A DNA stretch of 64,000 nt from Piedraia hortae CBS 480.64. Its lineage: Eukaryota. Shown here piece after piece: positions 37,539-47,762 of the stretch. The notes under the pieces were generated by a model that was given only the letters and a program-made list of their open reading frames with translations, searched no databases and was not told the DNA's origin. How positions within the stretch are numbered: the first letter of the stretch is position 1; each line of letters opens with the position of its first letter. Location: the NCBI GenBank assembly GCA_010093745.1, contig MU005991.1, positions 1-64,000 of the forward strand, written 5' to 3'. The position numbers and the translations under genes are program-made.

Positions 37539-39893
37539 ATGACAAGCAGCAAAACCACCACCCCAAGCAAGAAGCGCAAACGTGACAGCAGCCCTCCAAC
37601 ACGCAACCTGGACTTCTTCTTCGCGAAGCGACCCAACCCCAACTCCGTCGCAGAGGAACCCGAAGGAAGCCTAACCGACGAGCAACTCGCGCGAAAGCTG
37701 CAGGCAGCGGAAGATGCCCTGGCGGCACCTAGCGCAGCGAGCCACGAAACAATCGGCACGGACGAAGCATTAGCGCGCAAACTACAAACCGGATGGAGCG
37801 CAAGTGAAGATGCGACGCGGGAAACACCCCAAGTCCTCACCCTCCAACCCACAAGCACTACTGCGGAGGACGTCATATCCTCCATCCCCCTAACCCAAGA
37901 CATCGTAACCTTCAACCCATCGACCTACACAGATTTATTAGAGCGCGCATGGCAGCAAGGCAGCGCGACCTACTCCCTCCTAACCCACAGCTTCACACTA
38001 ATCAACTCCACGCGGTCTCGCATCGCAATAATCACAATCCTAACAAACACTTTGCGCGTTCTCCTGGTCCATAACCCTACAAGTCTCCTACCCGCAATAT
38101 ACCTCTGCACCAACACACTCAGTCCACCATGGGTCCCCACCGAGCTCGGCATCGGCGGCAGCCTAATCTCTAAAGGCCTCAAGCGCGCATGTGGGCTCGA
38201 CGACGCGACGCTGCGGAGCCTCCACCACAAGCTCGGCGATGCGGGCGATGTAGCTGCTACCGCGAAGAGGAAGCAGAGTCGCACGCTGGTTAAGCCTAAG
38301 CCGCTGACTATTAAAGGCGTATATGAGTCTTTGCTCAAGATCGCGGACGCAAAGGGAAAGGGGTCGCAGGAGATTAAACAGGGGATTGTGGAGGGGCTTA
38401 TTAGAAACGCACAGGGTCCAGAGGAGTGTAGATTCATTGTGCGCACGCTATCGCAGCATTTGAGAATTGGAGCGGTAAGGGGAACGATGTTGATTGCGCT
38501 TGCGAGGGCGTGTGCTGTTACCCAGTCTACGGGAAGGGAGTATGTGGTTTATGATATTGAGGGGTTGAGGAGGCTTGCGAAAGCGGATCTCGCGGGTGTG
38601 TGGGCGCAAGCTGAGGAGAGGGTTAAGGCTGCGTTTGCGAAGAGGCCGGATTATGGGCTGCTTGTTCCGAGGTTGATGGAGGTTGGGGTTAAGGAAGGTA
38701 CGGATGCCCTGGGTGGCATGCAGTTGCATGTCCCGGTTATGCCTATGCTTGGCGGCATTACGCGTGACGTGGGTGAGATGATACAGACGCTTCGTGGGAG
38801 GGCATTTACGTGTGAGTATAAGTATGATGGGCAGAGGGCGCAGGTTCATTGTGATGGAGAGGGAAAGGTGAAGATCTTTTCGAGACATCTGGAGGATATG
38901 ACGGAGAAGTATCCTGATCTCGTTGCACTGGTGCCGAAAGTAAAGGGAGAAGTCAAAGACTTTGTCCTGGAAGGCGAGGTTGTTGCTGTTGACCGCGAGA
39001 CTGGCGAGTTGAAACCTTTCCAGACCCTGGCGAATCGTGCGAAGAAAGATGTCGGACTGGAAAGCGTTAAGGTGGATGTCTGCTTCTTCGCCTTTGATTT
39101 GATGTTTGTGGATGGCGAAGAACTGTTGGATAACCCACTGAGGGAGAGGAGAGGATTGTTGAGAAGTTTATTTGTCCAGATTCCTCATCATTTTACATGG
39201 GTGGAGTCTCTGGATGCCGAAGCAACAGACTTGGAGAGTGTGAGCGCATTTTTGAAGAAGGCTATTGCAGCCAAATGTGAAGGCATCATGGTAAAGGTTC
39301 TGGATAACCTCGCTGACGCTCCGGAAAAGAGGAAAAAAGCCCTTCTTGCCACCTACGAGCCGGATAAGAGACTTGACTCCTGGCTCAAGGTCAAGAAGGA
39401 TTACAGCCTGTCAGCTGATACAATAGATTTGATCCCAGTTGGGGGATGGCATGGCCAAGGAAGGAAAAACGCCTGGTGGTCTCCGATTTTGCTTGCTTGC
39501 CGCAATGAAGAGTCTGGTACACTCGAGGTTGTGACAAAGTGCATGTCAGGCTTCACTGATGCTTTTTACAAGGCCAACAAGGAAAAGTATTCTGAAGATG
39601 GTATCAATGTCATATCTCGTCCTGCGTACATAGAGTATGCCGGCGAGCCAAACGTCTGGTTCGAGCCTCAAGAGGTATGGGAGATGGCTTTTGCCGACAT
39701 TACTCTCAGTCCAACATACACCGCTGCCATAGGGCTTGTGAGCGAGGAAAGAGGTTTGAGTCTTCGCTTTCCTCGCTTCCTGCGTGTCAAAGAGGACAAG
39801 ACCATTGAAGAAGCAAGTACAAACGAGTTTCTTGCTGAACTGTACCGGAAACAAGGGTCCAAGAAGGAAGAAGACTCAGACCATTTTGGATAA
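37539..39893 (+). CDS. ATP-dependent DNA ligase I family paralog (Adl1-type)
   Basis: EYKYDGQRAQVH, EGEVVA, FAFDL, EGIMVK, WLKVKKDY and SLRFPRF. GWHGQGRK..WWSPILLA suggests the second fungal paralog rather than Cdc9. Confidence 0.93.
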   Translation: MTSSKTTTPSKKRKRDSSPPTRNLDFFFAKRPNPNSVAEEPEGSLTDEQLARKLQAAEDALAAPSAASHETIGTDEALARKLQTGWSASEDATRETPQVLTLQPTSTTAEDVISSIPLTQDIVTFNPSTYTDLLERAWQQGSATYSLLTHSFTLINSTRSRIAIITILTNTLRVLLVHNPTSLLPAIYLCTNTLSPPWVPTELGIGGSLISKGLKRACGLDDATLRSLHHKLGDAGDVAATAKRKQSRTLVKPKPLTIKGVYESLLKIADAKGKGSQEIKQGIVEGLIRNAQGPEECRFIVRTLSQHLRIGAVRGTMLIALARACAVTQSTGREYVVYDIEGLRRLAKADLAGVWAQAEERVKAAFAKRPDYGLLVPRLMEVGVKEGTDALGGMQLHVPVMPMLGGITRDVGEMIQTLRGRAFTCEYKYDGQRAQVHCDGEGKVKIFSRHLEDMTEKYPDLVALVPKVKGEVKDFVLEGEVVAVDRETGELKPFQTLANRAKKDVGLESVKVDVCFFAFDLMFVDGEELLDNPLRERRGLLRSLFVQIPHHFTWVESLDAEATDLESVSAFLKKAIAAKCEGIMVKVLDNLADAPEKRKKALLATYEPDKRLDSWLKVKKDYSLSADTIDLIPVGGWHGQGRKNAWWSPILLACRNEESGTLEVVTKCMSGFTDAFYKANKEKYSEDGINVISRPAYIEYAGEPNVWFEPQEVWEMAFADITLSPTYTAAIGLVSEERGLSLRFPRFLRVKEDKTIEEASTNEFLAELYRKQGSKKEEDSDHFG

Positions 39894-40802
39894 CCGCGCA
39901 AAGTAAAGCGGCCCCCATCTACCTCCAGCCGGATGATCAGGCAGCACAATCCATCCGAACTTTGTGCGCTCTGCCCAGATCTCCAACGCCTTGTCTTGGA
40001 GCAACTCCACCTCGACTTTCCACTTTGCGCCCTTCTTCCTCTCTTTTTCCACCTGTGTCATCATCTTTTCTATGACACCATCGTTCTCGGTCGGTTCAAT
40101 GGAACATGTCGCATACAGAACCTTGGCACCAATCTTACACGCCCGCAGAGCAGTCATCAACAATTTAACTTGTGTCGCAGCAAGTTTCTTTGACGAAGCT
40201 GGTCTCCACGCAGCCAAATCGTTGTGAATCAAATGCCGTTCACTCGAACAAGGCACATCAACGAGGGCCTTATCAAATGTCGCAGACGGGAGGGAAGAGG
40301 CATTACTCGCATCAAGGTTGGAGAACTGAACCAAACCTGACTGCATCATCCGAGGGGGCAGGTACGCCTTCAAATTACGCTTCAGCCGAGCAAATCGCTT
40401 GGAATCAGATTCATTAACAACAAGTCTGCTGGCAGCATTTTCAGCATGCCAGAGGCATTGAGAGAGAGCAATAGATTTACCGCCCGGTGCCGCACAGAGG
40501 TCTAGGACTTTATCGCCCGCACTAACATCCAACAGAGCAGCGGCTAGAACGGAAGCTGCATCAAGAAGCCAGTGCGTCAGCGGCCGGTTCGTGATTTGAG
40601 GCTGAGGGAACTCGTCGTCCAGCAGACACGTTATCTCACAGTTTTCCACCGGAAACTCCACCTTCTGCCCCGTAATCTTCCCATCAGAGTAGCGATTTGC
40701 CAGTACAGCATGCCTCGTAGGTTTAGCCAGCGCAGGATAAAGCGACTTTTCCCATCGTTCAGCGCCGTATGTCGCAGCAAAGTGATCATGAAATGTCGCC
40801 AT
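39876..40802 (-). CDS. NOL1/NOP2/Sun-family RNA m5C methyltransferase
   Basis: LDAASVLAA, VLDLCAAPGGKS, DKALVDVPCSSE and YATCSIEPTEND. Confidence 0.92.
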   Translation of the reverse strand: MATFHDHFAATYGAERWEKSLYPALAKPTRHAVLANRYSDGKITGQKVEFPVENCEITCLLDDEFPQPQITNRPLTHWLLDAASVLAAALLDVSAGDKVLDLCAAPGGKSIALSQCLWHAENAASRLVVNESDSKRFARLKRNLKAYLPPRMMQSGLVQFSNLDASNASSLPSATFDKALVDVPCSSERHLIHNDLAAWRPASSKKLAATQVKLLMTALRACKIGAKVLYATCSIEPTENDGVIEKMMTQVEKERKKGAKWKVEVELLQDKALEIWAERTKFGWIVLPDHPAGGRWGPLYFARLSKMV

Positions 40803-40921
40803 CGTCGCAGTTCAATGGCTTAGGCGAAGCTACCCTGCATGAAGACGGAAAATGTTCCGCGTTCTGACGCGGCGCACCGCGACAAATTTCCAATGTCACA
40901 CACAGTCTTCCGCTACGAAGC

Positions 40922-41548
40922 ATGTCATACCGAGGCGGACGAGGCGGCTTTCGCAACGATCGGGGTGGTTTCCGTGGCAATCGCGGCGGTGGAAGCGGAG
41001 GTCGCGGAGGATTTCAGCAGGGACCGCCCGACACTGTCCAAGGTTAGTTGTTCCATTACCTCCTTCTCTCTTGAATCCATTTAACAATCCACCCAGAAAT
41101 GGGCACATTCCTCCACGCGACCGAAGGCGAAATGGTCTGCACATCCACAAGCAAGCGCATCCCCATGTTCAGCGCGAACATTTACCTCGAGAACAAGACC
41201 CCGATTGGCAAGATTGATGAGATTCTCGGTCCAATTAACCAGGTGTATTTTACGATTAAGCCGAATCAGGGCATTCAGGCGACGTCGTTTAGGGTGGGTG
41301 ACAAGGTGTATATTGGTGGAGACAGGACGCTTCCGTTGGAGAAGTTTCTCCCGAAGCCGAAGCCATTGCCGGGCGCGCCGAAGGTTAAGAAGCCACAGCG
41401 TGGTAATGGACAAATGAGGGGTCAGAGGGGTGGGTTTCAGAGGGGGCAGAGAGGACAACGCGGTGGTGGTCGAGGGAGTAGAGGAGGTTTCAATAGTAGA
41501 GGAGGCAGTGGTGGGTTCAATAGAGGTAGAGCCAGAGGGAGGTATTGA
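40922..41548 (+). CDS. GAR1: H/ACA snoRNP subunit Gar1 (intron 41043-41096)
   Basis: RGG-rich ends; core [45 protein letters not shown]. Confidence 0.95.
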
Positions 41549-41981
41549 ATGGCTTCTACGTCCCGGTTTTATGGTTTCGTGGTGGTCACGGAGAAACTGC
41601 CGTGAATACCGAATAGGCTTTCCTCCATCAATTTGCTCCACATCAACTCAATCAGAATACTCTACACAGTGGGAGGAGGGCGGAAACGCCAAACCTCTTC
41701 ACAGCCGACCCTGCATCACTGAAAAAATATTTTAAATATCATTGGCCACCAATCGCTCCCCTTATTGATGATCCTTCATTCAGACCTTTGACCCAATGAT
41801 GTCCACACCCATTGTGCGATGATCGATTACTAACTATCCCGCTAGCTTATGCCCAGTCTGGACCCAGGCATGATGTCCAGTAAGTGTGATGTGTAACTGA
41901 GGGACACGATGCTCGTTGTCACGGGGGAACTGGGCTGACACTACCGGTCTTACAATTGTGTTGTACCTATAAGAGAAGCTA

Positions 41982-44773
41982 CACTGCCAACCCTCTCGCG
42001 TCATGTCACATCATTTTCTCACTCTTTTCACGTCATGTAGCGAGATTTTGTACATCATGTGCCATGATATTGGATGTGACGCAGCAAGATGCGCTACACG
42101 CCTTGCAAAGTCACGCAGCAATACTTGAGACGAGATGCTGCATGACGTGAATAATTTCGCAGCAATATGTCAGGGACTTCTTGGCATCACGCAGCGACAT
42201 GAAAGACAAGATGCAGCATGATGAATAAAAAGCACTAGCAGATGATCAAATCTTACACAGCTATTACTAAATGCCCGAGTATGCTAAGTACCCCTGGGAC
42301 ATAATGGTCACCAGTGATGCCCGCACACTAGCCGCGATTTGTCCACCCTTATCTTTCTTTTTAAGCCACCCAAACTCACCAAGGTCATCGCTCAGTATCT
42401 TGTTCCTGCAAAATGAGTTAGCAACGATGCAGATGAGGCCAAGGGTGTTTCACAACTTACCTTTGTAATGGGGCCAGCGCCTTGTACATCGTATCTGATG
42501 CGTGAAAGAAATCTCTGGAATCGAGGGAGACTTTCTTGGTTTTGTAACGCAGGGCTGGTTAGCATCTCACATGATGGAAATGATATTCGTCGCCACATAA
42601 TGCCGGGCATACCCAAACAGAAGCAGCCTCTCTCTGCTCAGCCGTGCACTGCTAAGCGGTAAGGTCGTTGTCATCGGCAAGAGCCTTGACAACGTCCAGA
42701 AGTGGGTTTTCGAGCACCTTATCCGGGCAAGTCTTCATTTTGGTCAGGTGATCCGACCTGACCCTTCCGACAATTTTGAACACTTCATGGCCTGGCGAAC
42801 TTTAAAAAACTCCCAAACGAACAAAGCCGGCCTACAAATGTCCATCGGTGCGAGGCTCAAATATAACATGCTTTTGCATATCGCAGTCCTTTGGCCACTG
42901 TTCCATTCTTGATGGTCGTAGGACCAAAGCAGCTTTTCGAGCATAAGTTGCCGGCCAGTCTGTCTCATTGTCAGCATGTATCAATGGCAGGCGTAAGATA
43001 TCTACTCACCGTGTTGAAAGAGGAGAGGTGCTCCGCCTTCAATACATTTGCGACCAAGATCGAGACTTGGTCTTTGACTTCGCGCAGCTCTTGGCGCAGC
43101 TCTGCGTTGTAGCGGAGGACTAGTTGCAGCCCTCGCAGTATGAATGAATTCGCGATCACGAGCGAATCTATCCTCAGGAATGTCCTCATGAAGCCTGTCT
43201 CCATGGGATTTGTGCCTTGCACGGATGCAAGGACTTCCTCGGCAGAGGCACCGTTGTTTGGGGCCACTGTTGGCACTTGAACATTGAGATCGTTCACCAG
43301 TATGTCGAGTCTCATTTCACGACCCTGAATCGGCCGAACACCTACAACTTCCGACTGCTGATCAATGCAGGTGGGAGCCTCGCTTGCTCCGCCCGATGGA
43401 AACTCGGCCCTTCCAGGGTCATGAAATTGACGTTTGACTCGGCGATATTCTGCAGCTTCTGCCTGGTGATTCTGCAGACTTCACCATGTGGCCGTGAAAT
43501 CCACGGAAATACTAGTGTCGTACGTGCAATAAACTGCGTGGGTCCATCGACCAAAGCGTGCGCCGTCCTTCCTCATCAGCAGAACTTTAAACGGCTTCCC
43601 GGATGTCGCAGAAGATACGATCCTATGAGTGCCAGAGCACACGATTCTCAACGCTTTTCCCGAGTCTGATGTCAGTCTGGTAGCCGAAAATGCGGAACGC
43701 CTTGCTCCGGGGTTCGTGAAATTCATAACGAAACCACATCTTGCTCGAGCCTTCGTCACGAAATATGGAGCTGGAGTCTCCCAATTCAACATCAATTCCT
43801 GGACGGATGGCACAAGCGCCACAACCACTTCCAAATGGAGCCCTATGGAGGTTTGGTCATTTACTTCTTCCGGGAAGCCACGTGTAGTGAGTACTATCCT
43901 GCATTCGCAACCAATGCAGTACGGTCACTAATGCTTTTCAAGGAAAATTTCCATACCTCCGCCAACCATTTTGTGGCTGTTGGGGCAAGGATGAAGGGCA
44001 ATACCATGATTGATAGCCTCACTCCTGAGTTCGTCCGGCTCCAACGGGGAATCAAAGCTTTTGATCCTCGGCGTAAGAGAGCGCAGGTCGTCTTTGGAGG
44101 GGTTACCATGGCTCTCGCAGATATTCCTGCAGCTTCTGGTGTGATCTCCCATCAGCACACGAGCAACTGCTCTTGCCGGAATTGCTTGTTCAACAAAGCA
44201 AGTGTTACTTCGTGGCAAGATGTGGCTTCGGCGGCAGCACCCAGATCCAAAGAGTACGGACGGGCACTTGAGAGAACTGAGATGGCATCAAGCCACCAAT
44301 TTCCTCACTAAACCACTTGGAAGGATTTGGTCCGCACCAGGATATCCCATTTGAAACATTCCATGGTGTGCCATTGGGGTTTGTCAGAAGCCTCGGGCAT
44401 CGGTCCTTGGATGACCCGACGATTGAGTCGGGCTTTGAGGAGTTGACTCTCTGCTTAGCCTCATCAAACCAGGATGGGATGAACAGTTTTCTGGGCGCGC
44501 AACAAATCCTGCTTTGGAGCAAGTCCGTCGTGGGCTCGGATTTTCGAACTTTGATCGAGATCTGGCCGGCAACATTGGTCTCCTTCTATTCCTCAAGGGG
44601 ACGAACGGGTCCGGTCCGCAGGCTCCTGCTGCTGTGGTGTGTCGTAGCCGATCTTGCCAGAATGATATATTCTAGGCAGATCGAAGACTTTAACCGGTAG
44701 GAAGCACTGTTCAAGCATCGTTACGAACGTATGCTTCCGCATGACGCAGCATCATGCCAGGAGGTTGGCTGTA
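41982..44773. mobile_element. Decayed CACTA/CMC-like DNA transposon (about 2.8 kb) with TIRs and a TA target duplication
   Basis: 41980-42014 matches the reverse complement of 44741-44775 at 24 of 35 positions, ungapped. Starts CACTG and is flanked by TA on both sides. Contains transposase fragments on + (43629-44700) and a broken ORF on - (about 42700-43315). Confidence 0.7.
43629..44700 (+). pseudogene. CMC-like DDE transposase remnants
   Basis: WTDGTSATTTSKW, GIKAFD..ALADIP..CRNC, GFGPHQDIPFETFHGVPLG and KSVVGSDFR in three broken frames. Confidence 0.7.
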
Positions 44774-45827
44774 TAGGCTCGGGCCGCGGGCGGACCGAGC
44801 CCTTCGGCATGACGAAGGGCCCCGAGTCCTGGCACTGTCAAGAGAGAAATATTTTATCTCGATAGCTTTCCGGTCTCAGTCATCATGTGATATGTAATCA
44901 GGCTTGTGAAATTAGTCGCGTATTGACATTGCGTGACTACACTCTCACCGATGTTTATCCCAGCACACTTCCTGACCGCTCCCGAGGGCGAGGTTTCTTA
45001 TCTTATTTTATTGATTTTCTTGACGCGAAGTTCAGTGCCAGAGGCCTTGTACGCTGAAACATCCTGGGCACCTGGGTGTCTTTGCTGGCGTTCTTGTTTG
45101 TCAAGAACTTTCGCAGGAGGAATTTCGGCCAGACCGATCTCATCTGAGGCGATGGCAAGGGAGCGTTTGTGGGAAGAAATGACTTATATGGCACCATGTG
45201 ACATCGAAACGCAAGACCCTATCGCCAACCCACTGAACCAATGGAGATGGTCATGACTTTGAGGTGGGAATGGTAGCTAAGAAAGGAAAGTGGGGAGATG
45301 ATAACCCCACTGCGAAGCTACTCGCTGCGGAAGGTTGGCCGCACTCGCCGAACGTCACGTATACGCAACTGGTATGAGGTCAAGTGCCACGTTGTTTCAT
45401 CCCCTTAACTACGGCCCAAGGACTCTGTGACAAGATGATTAAACCCTGTCGCGATACCTGCTTGGGTTTCTGGTTTCACGTAAATTTCGACCCCAAACTT
45501 CGCCAATTCTTGAAGACCTTGCCTAAGCCTCCCAAATGTACTTCTGGAATCAATACCTGCATTCGCCGTGAGAAATCAATGGGAATGTGATTTGTTCACT
45601 CAATGTCTGCAGCATTTTCAGCCATAGTTTCCGATTCATCTGAAAAATGTTGCTTGCCGAGATACATTGCCAAACCAAAGCCCTTTACAAAATATCTGAA
45701 CAGGAAAAATGAACAAGAGAACGAAAAATCCAAAGTGAAGAATGTTCATGCAGCTCCACAAGTTAAAACTTTTTCAAAGGCATCTTAAGCTCCTCCACAT
45801 CCCCAATCGCCTTTCCAAGGAATAATT

Positions 45828-47366
45828 TCATGGAGACTTTGGCAATAGCTTATTAGTCGACCGCTTCCAGAGTAATGATGGCAAGTTTCGGGCTCGTGGG
45901 GCTCGTGAAGTGTCCTGAAGCGCCCCTTTCCGCCATGCGTCAGTGACCGTCATTCTATGTGGCCCAGGAATGCCATGAATTGAAACCCTCGGGGGCTTCA
46001 CCTCGTGTCCCCGCTTGAACGTTTCCCAGTCGTTCTCGAGATGCGCAACTAACGGAATATGTTTTTGATCAAAATCCTCAAAGACGAAGCGACCAACGCG
46101 ACGGATCCAACGTCCCTTCCCATATGTTTCGTCGTAGTAATGATCTCTGTTGTATCCCTCGTAGAGGGTACCAAGGCCTTTGATTATCCGCTCCTCAAAG
46201 TAGCTGCGGACTCGCTGATTTTCGGGCGAAAGCCTTCCATTTCCAGCATCCTATCGCGAAGGATCAAGAAGATCAACGTCCGTATCAACAACGAAGTCGC
46301 TTCTGACATGCGTCATCTTGTCTTCCTCTGTTCGATCCCATAACCAATACGGCGGCCGCCGCGTAAGCACTGCGGGCACAGCCTCCAAATAGTCCCAGTC
46401 AATGACCATATCAATCTTCCACTCCTGCCGAGGGCCCGATTGAGCGACCATGATATTTCTCGGAAACAGATCCCAATGGTAGAGGATGCCGCTTGAAGTT
46501 GATACAACTTCTGGGTATTGGAATTTAAAGATTTCATGTTCTTCCATCTCGATGCAGATCTTGAGGACAGTGTCCAGTTGGCGTTTTCGCGTAACATCTT
46601 CTTCCTGGTCTATATTGGACCTTATCAACTTGGGAATCAAGTCTGCCAGAGTGTCTAACGTTTCGTCTTCTCTAAGCGTCCAAAATGGCTGTATGTCGAT
46701 TTTGAATTGGGGCATGCTGCCACCAAGAAAGCGTGAAGCCTTGGTAAACATATTGGGCTGTTTATGCGCACACAGAGCGCCGGTACGAGGATACATAACG
46801 CGTTCCATAGCAACCAGGAATCCCACCACACCATCGACGACATTTAGTTTCGCAGGCAGAGTCATGTTGTCAAAAATGTCTTCAAGGCAGATGCCAGAGG
46901 AGAATTCGAGAAGAGTATAGCGACAGTTTAAGGGATTTCCCCTGCTCGCATCAAATGCCAAGAGATGAGGTGCAGGAATCTCGAGTTTTGCCAGAAGCTG
47001 TAGAATTGCCACTTCATCTCGAACCTCGTCGGCAAGGAATGTCTCACGTTCGGGACTGCCTGGCTTCTCTCCCCACCGCGATATGCGGTAGATCCCGTCA
47101 GCTATCCGGTTACCGACTCTCATATGGGCAACAACCACTCGTTTATAAGACCCTCCGTTGTGATGCTGCACCCCTACGCTTTGGAAATGTCCGATGCTCT
47201 CCGTCAGCGCTCGAACTTTGGATTCAAAGGTGCTGTAAGGCTCGTGGTCGGGCCACCGCGTTGTGCTAGTAGAGGATCTGCGAGTTTGTGGGCCGGATGT
47301 AGGCGGTTGGCCGTGCGTTCCCTGCCTGAGACGTCCTCTCAAGTGCTCTGCAAAGTTTATAGCCAT
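45828..47366 (-). CDS. APH/choline-kinase-like phosphotransferase, copy 1; in-frame TAG at 46251-46253 then 140 open codons
   Basis: GGSYKRVV, IPAPHLLAFD, HWDLFPRNIMV (Brenner motif) and IDWD. Translated by hand, the frame stays open from 46250 to TGA at 45828-45830. Confidence 0.85.
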
Positions 47367-47762
47367 GTTAGTTCCACAGTCGTGGGGGCCTGTGAAAAGC
47401 AAGGTGTTGAGGATGCCGAAGGCGAAGCACCGTGTCCCACACTAGAAGGGCTGGCAAAAGTACTGGGAATGAGTTGCAAAGCTAATGCTTTTCTGGAATG
47501 TTGGCTGGTAAAGAAAAGAAACGCTCGCTTGGCAGCGGAAGGTAATAAATGCACACACCCGATGCAATGGCGAAGAGTTATGAGTCACGAATGTGTGCGG
47601 CAAGAGCGTGCCATACACACAACCAATCACTTAAGCCCATCCTTTTGAGTTTAAATTTTGATTACTCATCTATCTTATAGGGTCCAAGACCCCTTCACAC
47701 CAAACACCTTCCTTTTGATCAACATTAGTCCTTCACAACCATTCAAATCTGCCCGAGGCAAC

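Noticed and set aside
44799..44832. Helitron 3' end (hairpin plus CTRR)
   Set aside because: The CTGG is followed by C rather than T, and no linked Helitron sequence is nearby.
44832..44932. 100-bp MITE with GCACTGTCAA / TTGACATTGC ends
   Set aside because: Only a 9-of-10 match and no target duplication; compatible with chance.
46251..46307. 57-nt in-frame intron (GTCAGA/GTTAGA..TAG) that would remove the kinase UAG
   Set aside because: Disfavoured but not excluded. The segment is conserved as protein (VRSDF.V..D.DLLDPSR) with no indels between diverged paralogs and lacks a canonical CTRAC branch site. RNA data are needed.
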